From Xylanibacter ruminicola 23 (GTDB taxonomy: Bacteria > Bacteroidota > Bacteroidia > Bacteroidales > Bacteroidaceae): DNA of 32,000 nt. Below the pieces are notes generated by a model. That model was not told the DNA's origin, did not search any database, and saw only the letters and a list, made by a program, of their open reading frames with translations. This document shows positions 23,562 to 31,711 of the stretch, one piece after another (positions within the stretch are counted from its first letter, which is position 1; every line of letters starts with the position of its first letter). The translations under genes and the position numbers were made by a program. The DNA lies in NCBI RefSeq assembly GCF_000025925.1, contig NC_014033.1, positions 2,130,001-2,162,000 on the forward strand, written 5' to 3'.

Positions 23562-23590
23562 AGATTAAACATTAAAGATTAAACATTATA
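23542..23590. repeat. Heptamer tandem array, about 6.5 units
   Basis: GATTAAA CATTAAA GATTAAA GATTAAA CATTAAA GATTAAA CATTATA. It contains the UpxY-like stop codon (23559-61) and ends 20 nt before the pgi ATG. Confidence 0.9.
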
Positions 23591-23610
23591 ATATATAATT
23601 TTAACTGATT

Positions 23611-24960
23611 ATGGAAATGATTAAGCTTGACATTACGAAGGCTGCATGCTTTTTGAAGGAAGGTGCAGTGGAGAGTTTTGAACCAAAGGTAGCTGAGGCA
23701 CAGAAGGCTCTTGAGGCTGGTACCTGTCCTGGCAACGACTTCCTGGGTTGGTTGCACCTGCCCAGCAGCATTACACCAGCATTCCTGGATGAGTTGCAGG
23801 CTTGCGCTGACACCCTGCGCGCTAACTGCGACGCTATCGTAGTAGCCGGTATCGGTGGTTCGTACCTGGGTGCACGTGCTGTGATCGAGGCCCTGAGCAA
23901 CGCATTCAGCTGGTTGGTTAACGATCCTAAGAACCCCACCATCCTGTTCGCAGGTAACAACATCGGTGAGGACTATCTGTTCGAACTCACAGAGTACCTG
24001 AAGGGTAAGAAGTTTGGTGTGATCAACATCTCGAAGAGTGGTACTACCACCGAGACTGCCCTCACCTTCCGTCTGCTGAAGAAGCAGTGCGAGGCCCAGC
24101 GTGGTAAGGAAGAGGCTAAGAAGGTGATCGTAGCCGTTACCGACGCCAAGAAGGGTGCTGCCCGTACCTGCGCCGACAAGGAGGGTTACAAGAGCTTTAT
24201 CATCCCCGATAACGTTGGTGGTCGCTTCTCAGTACTCACTCCAGTAGGATTGCTGCCTATCGCCTGCGCTGGTTTCAGCATCAAGGATCTGGTGGCTGGT
24301 GCCCAGGAGATGGAGAAGGCTTGCGCCCCAACCGTACCATTTGCCGAGAACCCCGCAGCCCAGTATGCTGCCGTACGTAACGGTTTGTACCAGAGCGGTA
24401 AGAAGATTGAGATTATGGTGAACTTCCAGCCTAAGCTGCACTTCTTCTCTGAGTGGTGGAAGCAGCTCTACGGCGAGAGCGAGGGTAAGGACGGTAAGGG
24501 TATCTTCCCTGCCAGCGTTGACTTCACTACCGACCTGCACTCGATGGGTCAGTGGATTCAGGAAGGTGAGCGCACTATCTTCGAGACTGTTATCTCTGTA
24601 GAGGAGCCCGAGAAGAAGCTGCTGTTCCCCAACGACGAGGAGAACCTGGACGGCCTGAACTTCCTGGCTGGCAAGCGTGTGGATGAGGTGAACAAGATGG
24701 CTGAGCTGGGTACACAGCTGGCTCACGTGGATGGTGGTGTGCCCAACATGCGCATCAGCGTTCCTAAGTTGAACGAGTACTACATCGGACAACTCATCTA
24801 CTTCTTCGAGATTGCCTGTGGTATCAGTGGTAATGTACTGGGTGTTAACCCATTCAACCAGCCTGGTGTAGAGGCTTACAAGAAGAACATGTTTGCCCTG
24901 CTGGATAAGCCTGGCTACGAGGCAGAGAGCGCCGCAATCAAAGCCAGACTCGCAAAATAA
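23611..24960 (+). CDS. pgi: Glucose-6-phosphate isomerase
   Basis: [18 protein letters not shown] and [19 protein letters not shown] motifs; 449 aa. Confidence 0.95.
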   Translation: MEMIKLDITKAACFLKEGAVESFEPKVAEAQKALEAGTCPGNDFLGWLHLPSSITPAFLDELQACADTLRANCDAIVVAGIGGSYLGARAVIEALSNAFSWLVNDPKNPTILFAGNNIGEDYLFELTEYLKGKKFGVINISKSGTTTETALTFRLLKKQCEAQRGKEEAKKVIVAVTDAKKGAARTCADKEGYKSFIIPDNVGGRFSVLTPVGLLPIACAGFSIKDLVAGAQEMEKACAPTVPFAENPAAQYAAVRNGLYQSGKKIEIMVNFQPKLHFFSEWWKQLYGESEGKDGKGIFPASVDFTTDLHSMGQWIQEGERTIFETVISVEEPEKKLLFPNDEENLDGLNFLAGKRVDEVNKMAELGTQLAHVDGGVPNMRISVPKLNEYYIGQLIYFFEIACGISGNVLGVNPFNQPGVEAYKKNMFALLDKPGYEAESAAIKARLAK

Positions 24961-24968
24961 AGTATTTA

Positions 24969-25028
24969 GCAACGGATAACAGGACTATAAGATTTTTGAT
25001 TTAATCCTAAAGTCCTGTAGTCCGTTGC
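24969..25028 (+). terminator. Long interrupted hairpin downstream of pgi. It is terminator-like but has no U-tract, and it belongs to the CACGGAT/TCCGTTGC repeat family.
   Basis: GCAACGGA-TA-ACAGGACT (24969-86) pairs with AGTCCTGT-AG-TCCGTTGC (25011-28), giving 8+8 bp with a 24-nt loop. It is followed by A-rich sequence. Confidence 0.35.
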
Positions 25029-25041
25029 AAAAAATAATTAG

Positions 25042-25734
25042 ATGATTAGAGCAGTATTATTTGACATGGATGGCGTATTGTATGATTCGATGAAGAATCA
25101 CGCAGTGGCCTGGGTCCAGTCGATGAAGAAGTTCGGAATCAATATGACAGCCGATGATGCCTACGCCACTGAGGGAGCTCGTGGCGTAGACACCATTCGC
25201 TATATGGTAAAGCAACAGCAAGGTCGCGAGATTACCGAGGCAGAATCGCAGCTGATGTACGATGAGAAGACACGTATCTTTCACTCGATGCCAGAGGCGC
25301 CGATCATGCCGGGGATTTTATCGCTCATGGAGCAGATACATGCAGCTGGTATTACCATTGGCATCGTAACAGGCTCTGGACAGCGCCCCTTGATTAATCG
25401 CATCCTGCGTGATTTTGGCAAATACGTTACCATCGATAACATCACCACAGCCTACGATGTAAAACGAGGCAAGCCCAATCCCGATCCCTATCTCATGGGA
25501 TTGCAAAAGGCAGGCAATCTGCAACCGAGCGAAGCGATGGTAGTAGAAAACGCCCCCTTAGGTGTCCGCGCTGGTGTAGCTGCCGGTATTTACACCATCG
25601 CCGTCAACACCGGTCCCCTTCCCGATCAAGTCCTCCTTGATTCAGGCGCCAACATCCTTTTTCCTACTATGCAAGCCTTAAGCGATTCTTGGAAGGATCT
25701 TCCCCCTGTCAAGGGACAGGTCCCTGTCATCTAA
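25042..25734 (+). CDS. HAD-family phosphatase (beta-phosphoglucomutase/sugar-phosphatase-like)
   Basis: LFDMDGVLYDS, VTGSG, KRGKPNPDPY and VENAPLGVRAG motifs. The last ~9 codons (PPVKGQVPVI) are encoded by a REP-like repeat. Confidence 0.8.
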   Translation: MIRAVLFDMDGVLYDSMKNHAVAWVQSMKKFGINMTADDAYATEGARGVDTIRYMVKQQQGREITEAESQLMYDEKTRIFHSMPEAPIMPGILSLMEQIHAAGITIGIVTGSGQRPLINRILRDFGKYVTIDNITTAYDVKRGKPNPDPYLMGLQKAGNLQPSEAMVVENAPLGVRAGVAAGIYTIAVNTGPLPDQVLLDSGANILFPTMQALSDSWKDLPPVKGQVPVI

Positions 25735-25761
25735 CCCTGCCAGGGGACAGGTACCTGACAT
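25706..25761. repeat. REP-like palindrome pair upstream of the RAYT gene
   Basis: CTGTCAAGGGACAGGTCCCTGTCAT (25706-30) and CTGCCAGGGGACAGGTACCTGACAT (25737-61). Confidence 0.8.
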
Positions 25762-25887
25762 CTGCTGCCCTCCAACCTTTCCCCAAAATTCCCTTTTTCA
25801 CAACCACCCAACCCTCCTTCATCCTAAGGAGGGCTTCAAACCACTCTCCAAACCCCTCGCCAATCTTTGGCAAGGGGCTTAAATTCT

Positions 25888-26015
25888 GGATTTGGGAAAA
25901 CCCAAATCCATCCTATGTTTTGGCAGGCCGGGACTTCGGCCTATATTGCTTATGGCTGCTCCTTGAGCAGCGGCCCATAGGGCCTTTATCTAATACCATG
26001 CTAAAACACCGAGGG
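25888..26015. repeat. Mosaic hairpin-module repeat, copy B3 (core)
   Basis: GGATTTGGGAAAACCCAAATCC...GGCAGGCCGGGACTTCGGCCTATATTGCTTATGGCTGCTCCTTGAGCAGCGGCCCATAGGGCC...TAATACCATGCTAAAACACCGAGGG is nearly identical to 15691-15820. Confidence 0.85.
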
Positions 26016-26097
26016 TATTTGGGGCGAGCAGCCCCTAATATATAAAGAAAATGTGCACTTTTTCTGGAAAAATGATGAGATTGTTTGGGATTTTTAT

Positions 26098-26105
26098 TAT
26101 TTTTG
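26098..26105 (+). promoter_or_regulatory. Candidate -7 box TATTTTTG for the RAYT gene
   Basis: Exact TAnnTTTG match about 44 nt upstream of the ATG at 26149. Confidence 0.4.
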
Positions 26106-26148
26106 CAGCGCAAATAAAGAGCTAAGTTTAAATCATAAAACAGAAAAT

Positions 26149-26940
26149 ATGCCTAGACAATCACGAAAGGAGTCGGGAACGGGTATTTACCATGTGATGA
26201 TACGTGGTATCAACCACCAAAAGATATTTAATGATGAAGAGGACTATTTCCAATTCATCGCGACACTCGACAGAATGCGTTTTCGTTACGACGACGAAGG
26301 GGCACCATGCGGGAGCAATTGTACTTATTATGCCTATTGCTTGATGTCGAACCATCTGCATCTGCTGATACGTGAGCGCGGAGAGACCGTGGGTGAGACT
26401 ATCAAGCGCATTGCCGGTAGCTATGTGTTCTATTATAACCGCAAGTACGGTCGCGACGGGCACCTGTTCAAGGATCGATTCAAATCAGAGCCGGTTAACG
26501 ATATGGGGTACTTTACCACTCTACTCCGTTACATCCACCAAAACCCAGTGAAAGCAAAGCTTGTTGAGCGGGTTAGGGACTACGCCTATAGCAGTTGGGG
26601 AGAGTTTGACGGAACTGTAGAGCCGGTGTTTCAAATCTGCGATACGACAACAGTATTGAAGAGAATTCCATTTGACGAACTGAAGGAATGGGTTGACGAG
26701 CCGCTGGAGGATGACGTACCTTGTCTGGAAATGGAAGACACGCCGAGGGAGAGACCGTCGGACGATCAAATTATGCTATTGATTAAGGAGCATACCGGTG
26801 TTACGAATAGTACTGCATTCCAGCAATTGCAAGATGGTATCAAACGGGAAGTGTTGAAGTTTCTGAAATCAAAAGGAGCCTCTTATCGTCAGTTAGAGCG
26901 GTTAACAGGTGTAGGCCGCGGCCTTATCCAAGGCCTGTAG
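26149..26940 (+). CDS. REP-associated tyrosine transposase (RAYT; IS200-like Y1 HUH) with a C-terminal DnaA-C-like HTH
   Basis: GIYHVMIRGINHQKIF, the HUH motif YCLMSNHLHLLI and the catalytic-Tyr helix LLRYIHQNPVKAKLV. C-terminal region: ...ASYRQLERLTGVGRGLI. I trimmed the start from 26053 to the MPRQSRKES methionine, which has a promoter box upstream. Confidence 0.8.
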   Translation: MPRQSRKESGTGIYHVMIRGINHQKIFNDEEDYFQFIATLDRMRFRYDDEGAPCGSNCTYYAYCLMSNHLHLLIRERGETVGETIKRIAGSYVFYYNRKYGRDGHLFKDRFKSEPVNDMGYFTTLLRYIHQNPVKAKLVERVRDYAYSSWGEFDGTVEPVFQICDTTTVLKRIPFDELKEWVDEPLEDDVPCLEMEDTPRERPSDDQIMLLIKEHTGVTNSTAFQQLQDGIKREVLKFLKSKGASYRQLERLTGVGRGLIQGL

Positions 26941-26942
26941 CC

Positions 26943-27000
26943 CATGACAGGGGACAGGTTCCTGACAGTTCTTCCACATGACAGGGGACAGGTACTCCCT
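26943..27000. repeat. REP-like palindrome pair immediately downstream of the RAYT stop
   Basis: CATGACAGGGGACAGGTTCCTGACAG (26943-68) and CATGACAGGGGACAGGTACTCCCT (26977-27000). Confidence 0.8.
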
Positions 27001-27458
27001 TAACGTTCTACCAATTCCTGCTCTATGAACTGTTGGGGTGTGTAGATTTTCACTTGTCCATCTGTCGACTCCTTATAGTCTGAAATATTAAATGAGACCA
27101 AAGCCTCACATCCAACCTTCTGAGCTACTTGATACTGACAACTGTCTTCCAAGTCTTTATACCTTTTATCAGAAACACCTTGTAAAAGGCTATTCTTATC
27201 ATGCTCTGCAATATCAAACATCTGAAGTATCTTATTCATGATAATCCGAAGACTCTGCAAACACACCTCGCCAACGAGCCCTTGTTCTTTATGTAAGTAT
27301 TTCAGAATAATGAAATGTATGGTATAGAAAGCTCCTACAGACATGAACATCTGAGCGCCTCTGTTATGGAGTTCTTTTAATAGTTTCTCCGCCACCTCAT
27401 ACTTCTCACGATGCATGAAGTATTCTAGAATGATATTGGTATCAATAAAGACTTTCAT
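27000..27458 (-). CDS. vapC: PIN-domain toxin (VapC-like)
   Basis: MKVFIDTNIILEY, DLEDSCQY and SFNISDY acidic blocks; 152 aa. Confidence 0.8.
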   Translation of the reverse strand: MKVFIDTNIILEYFMHREKYEVAEKLLKELHNRGAQMFMSVGAFYTIHFIILKYLHKEQGLVGEVCLQSLRIIMNKILQMFDIAEHDKNSLLQGVSDKRYKDLEDSCQYQVAQKVGCEALVSFNISDYKESTDGQVKIYTPQQFIEQELVER

Positions 27459-27459
27459 A

Positions 27460-27747
27460 TCAGATTCCGTATTTATCGGTTAGAGCCTCTTCAAGAAGTT
27501 CATCTGCACTGACACTGCTATCTGCCATAAAGCCACCCAATTTTAAGAAACCCTCAGAATCGTTCTCAAGAGCATTTATCTTCTGTGTGAACTTTTTAGC
27601 ATCAACAGCTTTTGCTGCTAAGGCTGCCTTTTCCTGTTCTAAAAGTCTTTTGGTAAGTGCAACTCTTACAGCCTTGCTTTGTCCCTGTATTAATGTCCAA
27701 AGCGCATCAACAGGAGACACTTCTACTTGATTATATGTTGTTACCAT
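27460..27747 (-). CDS. Putative cognate antitoxin
   Basis: 95 aa, helical and charged. Its stop lies 1 nt from the PIN start. No family was recognised. Confidence 0.55.
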   Translation of the reverse strand: MVTTYNQVEVSPVDALWTLIQGQSKAVRVALTKRLLEQEKAALAAKAVDAKKFTQKINALENDSEGFLKLGGFMADSSVSADELLEEALTDKYGI

Positions 27748-27826
27748 AATCGTAAATTAAATAAATCTGCTGCAAATATAAAACAAATAGTTGAAACTTG
27801 CAAGTTTTTCTTTTGAAAAACTCAAC

Positions 27827-27953
27827 TAATACCTGAAAACACCGAGGGGGATGCCGCGCGGCTGGGGGCGGGCTGCCACCAAAGAGCGAGGGTGGGTGGA
27901 GCGAGCGTCCAGCAAGCGAGGGAATCGGATGACAGGGACCTGTCCCCTGGCAG
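27827..27953. repeat. Mosaic repeat copy B4 (3' half) fused to an inverted REP-like palindrome
   Basis: TAATACCTGAAAACACCGAGGGGGATGCCGCGCGGCTGGGGGCGGGCTGCCACCAAAGAGCGAGGGTGGGTGGAGCGAGC matches 15797-15868. It is followed by ATGACAGGGACCTGTCCCCTGGCAG (27929-53). Confidence 0.85.
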
Positions 27954-27956
27954 GGG

Positions 27957-28550
27957 CTACTCGAAATGAAGAACTACGTTCTTATAGCCTAAGCTCTTAA
28001 ACAGATTTGAAACCTGGATTTCGGCATTAACCTCAGCTGTCTTAACATTTTCTTTGGTGAGGCAATGGGTTAGCATCTGGCGGTGGGCCTTTTGGTAGAG
28101 GGCCTGGTGGGCTTGTGGGGTCCATTTGCCACTCTCGTAGAAGGACTTGGTTTTGGCTTCGTCGATGAAGTCTTTGTCCAGGAGGGTGACCTTGGGTAAG
28201 GTTACCTGGAGGGTGTCGCTTTGGACGCGTATCGCGTCCTCGCTTAGGTTTTGCATGTTGATGCCCAGACGGAGGGTGCCGTAATAGATGCGGACCAACT
28301 CATCGTCGGAGAAGAAACCCTTACGGACGGTGTCGACCATCTCTTCGGCAGAGATAGAGAGGAACTCCCACTCACCAATATCCCTGATGCTCTGGATTTG
28401 CGTGGGGGTGGGCTCAATCTTGTCGTTAGAACCAATCTCGATATAGTTGCTCTTCAGGACGCTCTTAACCCAGAAGAAAATCGCGATAACAGCGATGACT
28501 ATAACTGCACCTATGATGATATTAATCTTCTTCATAACTCTAATCTTCAA
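27957..28550 (-). CDS. DUF4230-like membrane-anchored protein
   Basis: N-terminal TM helix IIIGAVIVIAVIAIFFW. The layout is paralogous to the upstream gene. The family assignment is from memory. Confidence 0.6.
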   Translation of the reverse strand: MKIRVMKKINIIIGAVIVIAVIAIFFWVKSVLKSNYIEIGSNDKIEPTPTQIQSIRDIGEWEFLSISAEEMVDTVRKGFFSDDELVRIYYGTLRLGINMQNLSEDAIRVQSDTLQVTLPKVTLLDKDFIDEAKTKSFYESGKWTPQAHQALYQKAHRQMLTHCLTKENVKTAEVNAEIQVSNLFKSLGYKNVVLHFE

Positions 28551-29271
28551 AGCGTATTAAGCCTTGATACTTGTGACGGAAATCCAAGTCCTTACGGAAG
28601 GCGATGGTGATATTCTGCTCCTCGTAGCCCAACTGGGTGAGCATGGGAACGAGGACCTTAGCGGCGTTGGCACGGGCGGTTTCTTCGATACCCATATCGG
28701 GGATGCTCTGCAGGATGGCCTCCCTACCCTGCTGCTGATAGTTGGCCAACTCCTCGTCGCTAAAATGCGCACGCGTGAGACCGACGTACTGCTTGACGTT
28801 CTGCTGATCAATCTTAGAACTGGTCATCACCACCTGTGGATCGGGGAGGATGATGGTAATCTGATTACCGCTGCGCTCGATGTTCTGTTCGGAGAACTCG
28901 GAGAAATCGATATACGCCTTGATTTTGGCATCCATGGGGATGGCAATCTTTCTGTCGGCCAGGGGCACCTTGAGGTTGAACTGCTTGCTCATCAACTGGC
29001 CTTTGAGGCGCAAGGCATCGTCGTGGGTGATAATCTTATGTACGCGATACTCGGCGGTGTAGAGTTTGGAGCATTTTTGGACTTGGAGAATGAGCATGGG
29101 GACGGTATCGATACTTCTGCCAGGGGACAGGTTCCTGGCATCTGAATCAGCTGCCAGGAACCTGTCCCCTGGCAGAACTGGCAGAAGAAGCTGGCAGCGT
29201 GTCAGCAAACCGAACAATACCAACACCAGCAGCGCGGCAGTTGCAATCAGAATGTTACGACGCTGTTTCAT
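28540..29271 (-). CDS. DUF4230-like membrane-anchored protein carrying an in-frame REP-doublet insertion after the TM helix
   Basis: TM helix ILIATAALLVLVLFGLL. The linker PVLPGDRFLAADSDARNLSPGRS is encoded by the 29117-29175 palindrome. The stop overlaps the next gene by 11 nt. Confidence 0.6.
   Translation of the reverse strand: MKQRRNILIATAALLVLVLFGLLTRCQLLLPVLPGDRFLAADSDARNLSPGRSIDTVPMLILQVQKCSKLYTAEYRVHKIITHDDALRLKGQLMSKQFNLKVPLADRKIAIPMDAKIKAYIDFSEFSEQNIERSGNQITIILPDPQVVMTSSKIDQQNVKQYVGLTRAHFSDEELANYQQQGREAILQSIPDMGIEETARANAAKVLVPMLTQLGYEEQNITIAFRKDLDFRHKYQGLIRFED
29117..29175. repeat. Perfect 24-bp inverted REP doublet (REPIN-like) inside a CDS
   Basis: CTGCCAGGGGACAGGTTCCTGGCA (29117-40) and its exact reverse complement TGCCAGGAACCTGTCCCCTGGCAG (29152-75), separated by 11 nt. 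Confidence 0.9.
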
Positions 29272-29792
29272 TACTCTAGATCCTGATCGCGAGAGATGCC
29301 TACCTCGCCGAAGTTGCTGACGGTGACGATTAATGGGATGTACTCATCGGTCTGGGGATGGCACACGCTGGCAGCGAAGAACAGTTGGTTGCCCTCAGCC
29401 TTGTCGAACACAAAACCTTCGAGGATACCGGTCTTACGATAGTCGTCGTCCAGACAACCCTCGAAAGCGGCCTTGGTAAAGGTCTTGGTGCAGAACACAC
29501 TGCCATCGGTACGGATGACCTTGAGGGTGATGCGGTTGTCGACGAACTTCTGTCCGTTCTCGTCCTTCACCATACGCAAAGAATCGTCGGCTGTGCGCGA
29601 CACCTCAACCTGGTACTGCTTACCCAACCACTGCACATCCTTTACATCTTTATAATCCTGCATACGGATGGGAGCCTGAGGTTTGGGCGCCTCGGTATGC
29701 TGTACGATGATATCATCGTGCTGCTTTTTCTGACCGCAACTTGCTAACAAGCAAGGCACTGCTATAAGGGCTAAAATCAAATTCTTATTCAT
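29271..29792 (-). CDS. Lipoprotein of unknown function
   Basis: I trimmed the start to MNKNLILALIAVPCLLASCGQ (ATG at 29792). A -7 box TATCTTTG (plus-strand CAAAGATA at 29815-22) lies upstream. The stop overlaps the next start as TAATG. Confidence 0.7.
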   Translation of the reverse strand: MNKNLILALIAVPCLLASCGQKKQHDDIIVQHTEAPKPQAPIRMQDYKDVKDVQWLGKQYQVEVSRTADDSLRMVKDENGQKFVDNRITLKVIRTDGSVFCTKTFTKAAFEGCLDDDYRKTGILEGFVFDKAEGNQLFFAASVCHPQTDEYIPLIVTVSNFGEVGISRDQDLE

Positions 29793-29831
29793 AACACTTT
29801 CTTTATTGACGGTGCAAAGATAAGCAATTTT

Positions 29832-29860
29832 AGGCACGGATGGCACGGATTACACGGATT
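29832..29860. repeat. CACGGAT(TA) tandem motif, 3 units
   Basis: AGGCACGGATGGCACGGATTACACGGATT followed by a T-run. It belongs to the same family as 14879-14911. Confidence 0.7.
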
Positions 29861-29916
29861 TTTTTATTATAAAGGAAAAAAAAAGCAAAAATATTTGGTA
29901 ATTATAGAAAAGTTTG

Positions 29917-29924
29917 TACTTTTG
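29917..29924 (+). promoter_or_regulatory. Candidate -7 box TACTTTTG for the histidine kinase gene
   Basis: Exact TAnnTTTG match 31 nt upstream of the ATG at 29955. Confidence 0.45.
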
Positions 29925-29954
29925 CAGAAAAGAATACCGACTAACCTAAGATTT

Positions 29955-31706
29955 ATGAATATAGGACGAATCCTTTTGGCTGCAGCGCTATTACTTGGAA
30001 CGAGTGCCAGCCACGCAAACATAGATTATAAGAAAGACGCGAAATACATAGAACTTCGCGACTCCATGAGCCATGCATTTAACGATGGCGACAGTGCCCG
30101 ATTCTATACACATCTGACGAACCTGCAGAACTATCTGCTGGAAAATAATGACCTGCACGGCTACTACACGCAGCGGTGCAATGACATTATCTTTGAGATG
30201 AACCGCCAGAAGATTTTCGAGGCGTACACCAAAGCCCAGGAGCTGTCGAAGGAGTTGCGCGAAAAGAAGTTGACCAAGGAGATGTATATGGCCGTGAACA
30301 TGATGGGTCATATCAACCGCTATTGTGGTAACAAGGAGGCTGCCAAGAAATGTTGGTACGAGGTGGTAGAGATGATGGAGAAGAACGGCTACTACGAAAG
30401 CATCCCGCCCATCTACATGAATATCATCAATGTGGCCATAGACGATGACGCTCAGGAGGCATTAGACCTGATGGACAAGGCCAAGGAGATAGCCAAGAAA
30501 TACTCGCCCGAACGTGTGTTCGACATCGAGACCCGAAAGACACTGACCTACTATAACGAAGGTAAGATAGACCAGTTCCTAAAGGGTTACAAGGTGTATA
30601 AGGAGGGCGAGCGGAAAGGTCTGTCGTCGGTTCACGGACGAAGCATGGAGGCCTACTATCTGGCTGCTACAGGTAAGGTTGACGAGGCCATCGAATATGC
30701 CAAACGCGAGTTGGGTGACGAGGGTGCCGATGCCATCCCGCTGATTTACGAGCGTGCTGGCAGATGGGAGGAGGCCTACAAATCGTTTAAGAAGGAATCG
30801 CTGGCCAGCGACTCGATAGATAATGTGGTGCTGACCAATAGTATGCAGGGTATCCAGGAACAGGTAGAGCTGTACGAAGCCGAGAAGAAAGCGGCTACCG
30901 TACGTACCACCGCCCTGATGGGTGCTATCCTGCTACTGACACTGCTGATTATCGCCCTGGTATATATCGTGCAGATACGCAAAAAGCACCTGAAGGAACT
31001 GCGCAAGGCGTATAAAAAGGCCATGGAGTCGGAGAAGATGAAGACAGCGTTTATTCAGAACGTGAGTCATGAGGTGCGCACGCCGCTGAACATCATCACG
31101 GGTTTTGCCCAGGTGATAGCCGATCCTGATTTGGCTGCTGATCCCGAAGAGCGCAAGCATATATCGACCATGATGCAGAAGAGTACCCGTCAGGTGACCA
31201 TCCTCATCGACGAGATTATCGGCCTCTCGCTGATTGAGAGTACCGAAAAGATGAGCAAGGACGATGTGACGAACATCAACAACCTGTTGCGTGGATTACA
31301 GACAGAGTACAAGGAATACGTGACCGACGAGACCGACATCAAACTGGAGACAGAGCTGGCCGACGACCTTACGCTGAAGACCAACGAGAACATGCTGCGC
31401 CGTATATTTGCCTGCTTATTGGACAATGCCGTGAAATATACCGAGAAGGGCTGCATTACCATCCATGCCAAACAGGAGGGTGACCAGCTGCAGATGATGG
31501 TAACCGATACCGGCTATGGCATACCCGCTGAAGAGGCGGAGCATATCTTTGACCGCTTTGTGAAGTTGGATAACTTTAAGGAAGGTATCGGACTGGGTCT
31601 GCCACTGAGTCGCAGACTGGCCGAACAGTTGGGTGGAAAAGTAGAACTGGACACCACCTATACAGATGGCGCCCAGTTTATTGTTACACTGCCAATAAGC
31701 GAATAA
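29955..31706 (+). CDS. Sensor histidine kinase with a TPR-like extracytoplasmic domain
   Basis: I trimmed the start from the TTG at 29895 to MNIGRILLAAALLLGTSASHA (signal peptide). TM helix ALMGAILLLTLLIIALVYIV, H-box FIQNVSHEVRTPLNII, N-box LLDNAVKYT and G-boxes DTGYGI / GIGLGLPL. Confidence 0.85.
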   Translation: MNIGRILLAAALLLGTSASHANIDYKKDAKYIELRDSMSHAFNDGDSARFYTHLTNLQNYLLENNDLHGYYTQRCNDIIFEMNRQKIFEAYTKAQELSKELREKKLTKEMYMAVNMMGHINRYCGNKEAAKKCWYEVVEMMEKNGYYESIPPIYMNIINVAIDDDAQEALDLMDKAKEIAKKYSPERVFDIETRKTLTYYNEGKIDQFLKGYKVYKEGERKGLSSVHGRSMEAYYLAATGKVDEAIEYAKRELGDEGADAIPLIYERAGRWEEAYKSFKKESLASDSIDNVVLTNSMQGIQEQVELYEAEKKAATVRTTALMGAILLLTLLIIALVYIVQIRKKHLKELRKAYKKAMESEKMKTAFIQNVSHEVRTPLNIITGFAQVIADPDLAADPEERKHISTMMQKSTRQVTILIDEIIGLSLIESTEKMSKDDVTNINNLLRGLQTEYKEYVTDETDIKLETELADDLTLKTNENMLRRIFACLLDNAVKYTEKGCITIHAKQEGDQLQMMVTDTGYGIPAEEAEHIFDRFVKLDNFKEGIGLGLPLSRRLAEQLGGKVELDTTYTDGAQFIVTLPISE

Positions 31707-31711
31707 ACCTA

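Noticed and set aside
22860-24972. Minus-strand ORFs 22860..23528, 23027..23344, 23572..23757, 23601..23963, 23973..24179 and 24229..24972
   Set aside because: They are antisense shadows of the UpxY-like gene and pgi.
25689-26113. ORFs 25689..26045(+) and 25913..26113(-), and the long start at 26053 for the transposase
   Set aside because: The first two translate repeat DNA. For the transposase, the first 32 codons from 26053 are hydrophobic junk that overlaps a good -7 box, so I preferred the ATG at 26149.
28244-29320. ORFs 28244..28435(-), 28251..28610(+), 28557..28811(-), 28564..29145(+), 28880..29062(+) and 29066..29320(+)
   Set aside because: They are shadow or alternative frames of the two DUF4230-like genes.
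29895-29954. TTG start at 29895 for the histidine kinase
   Set aside because: It would translate through the -7 promoter box. The ATG at 29955 gives a canonical signal peptide.
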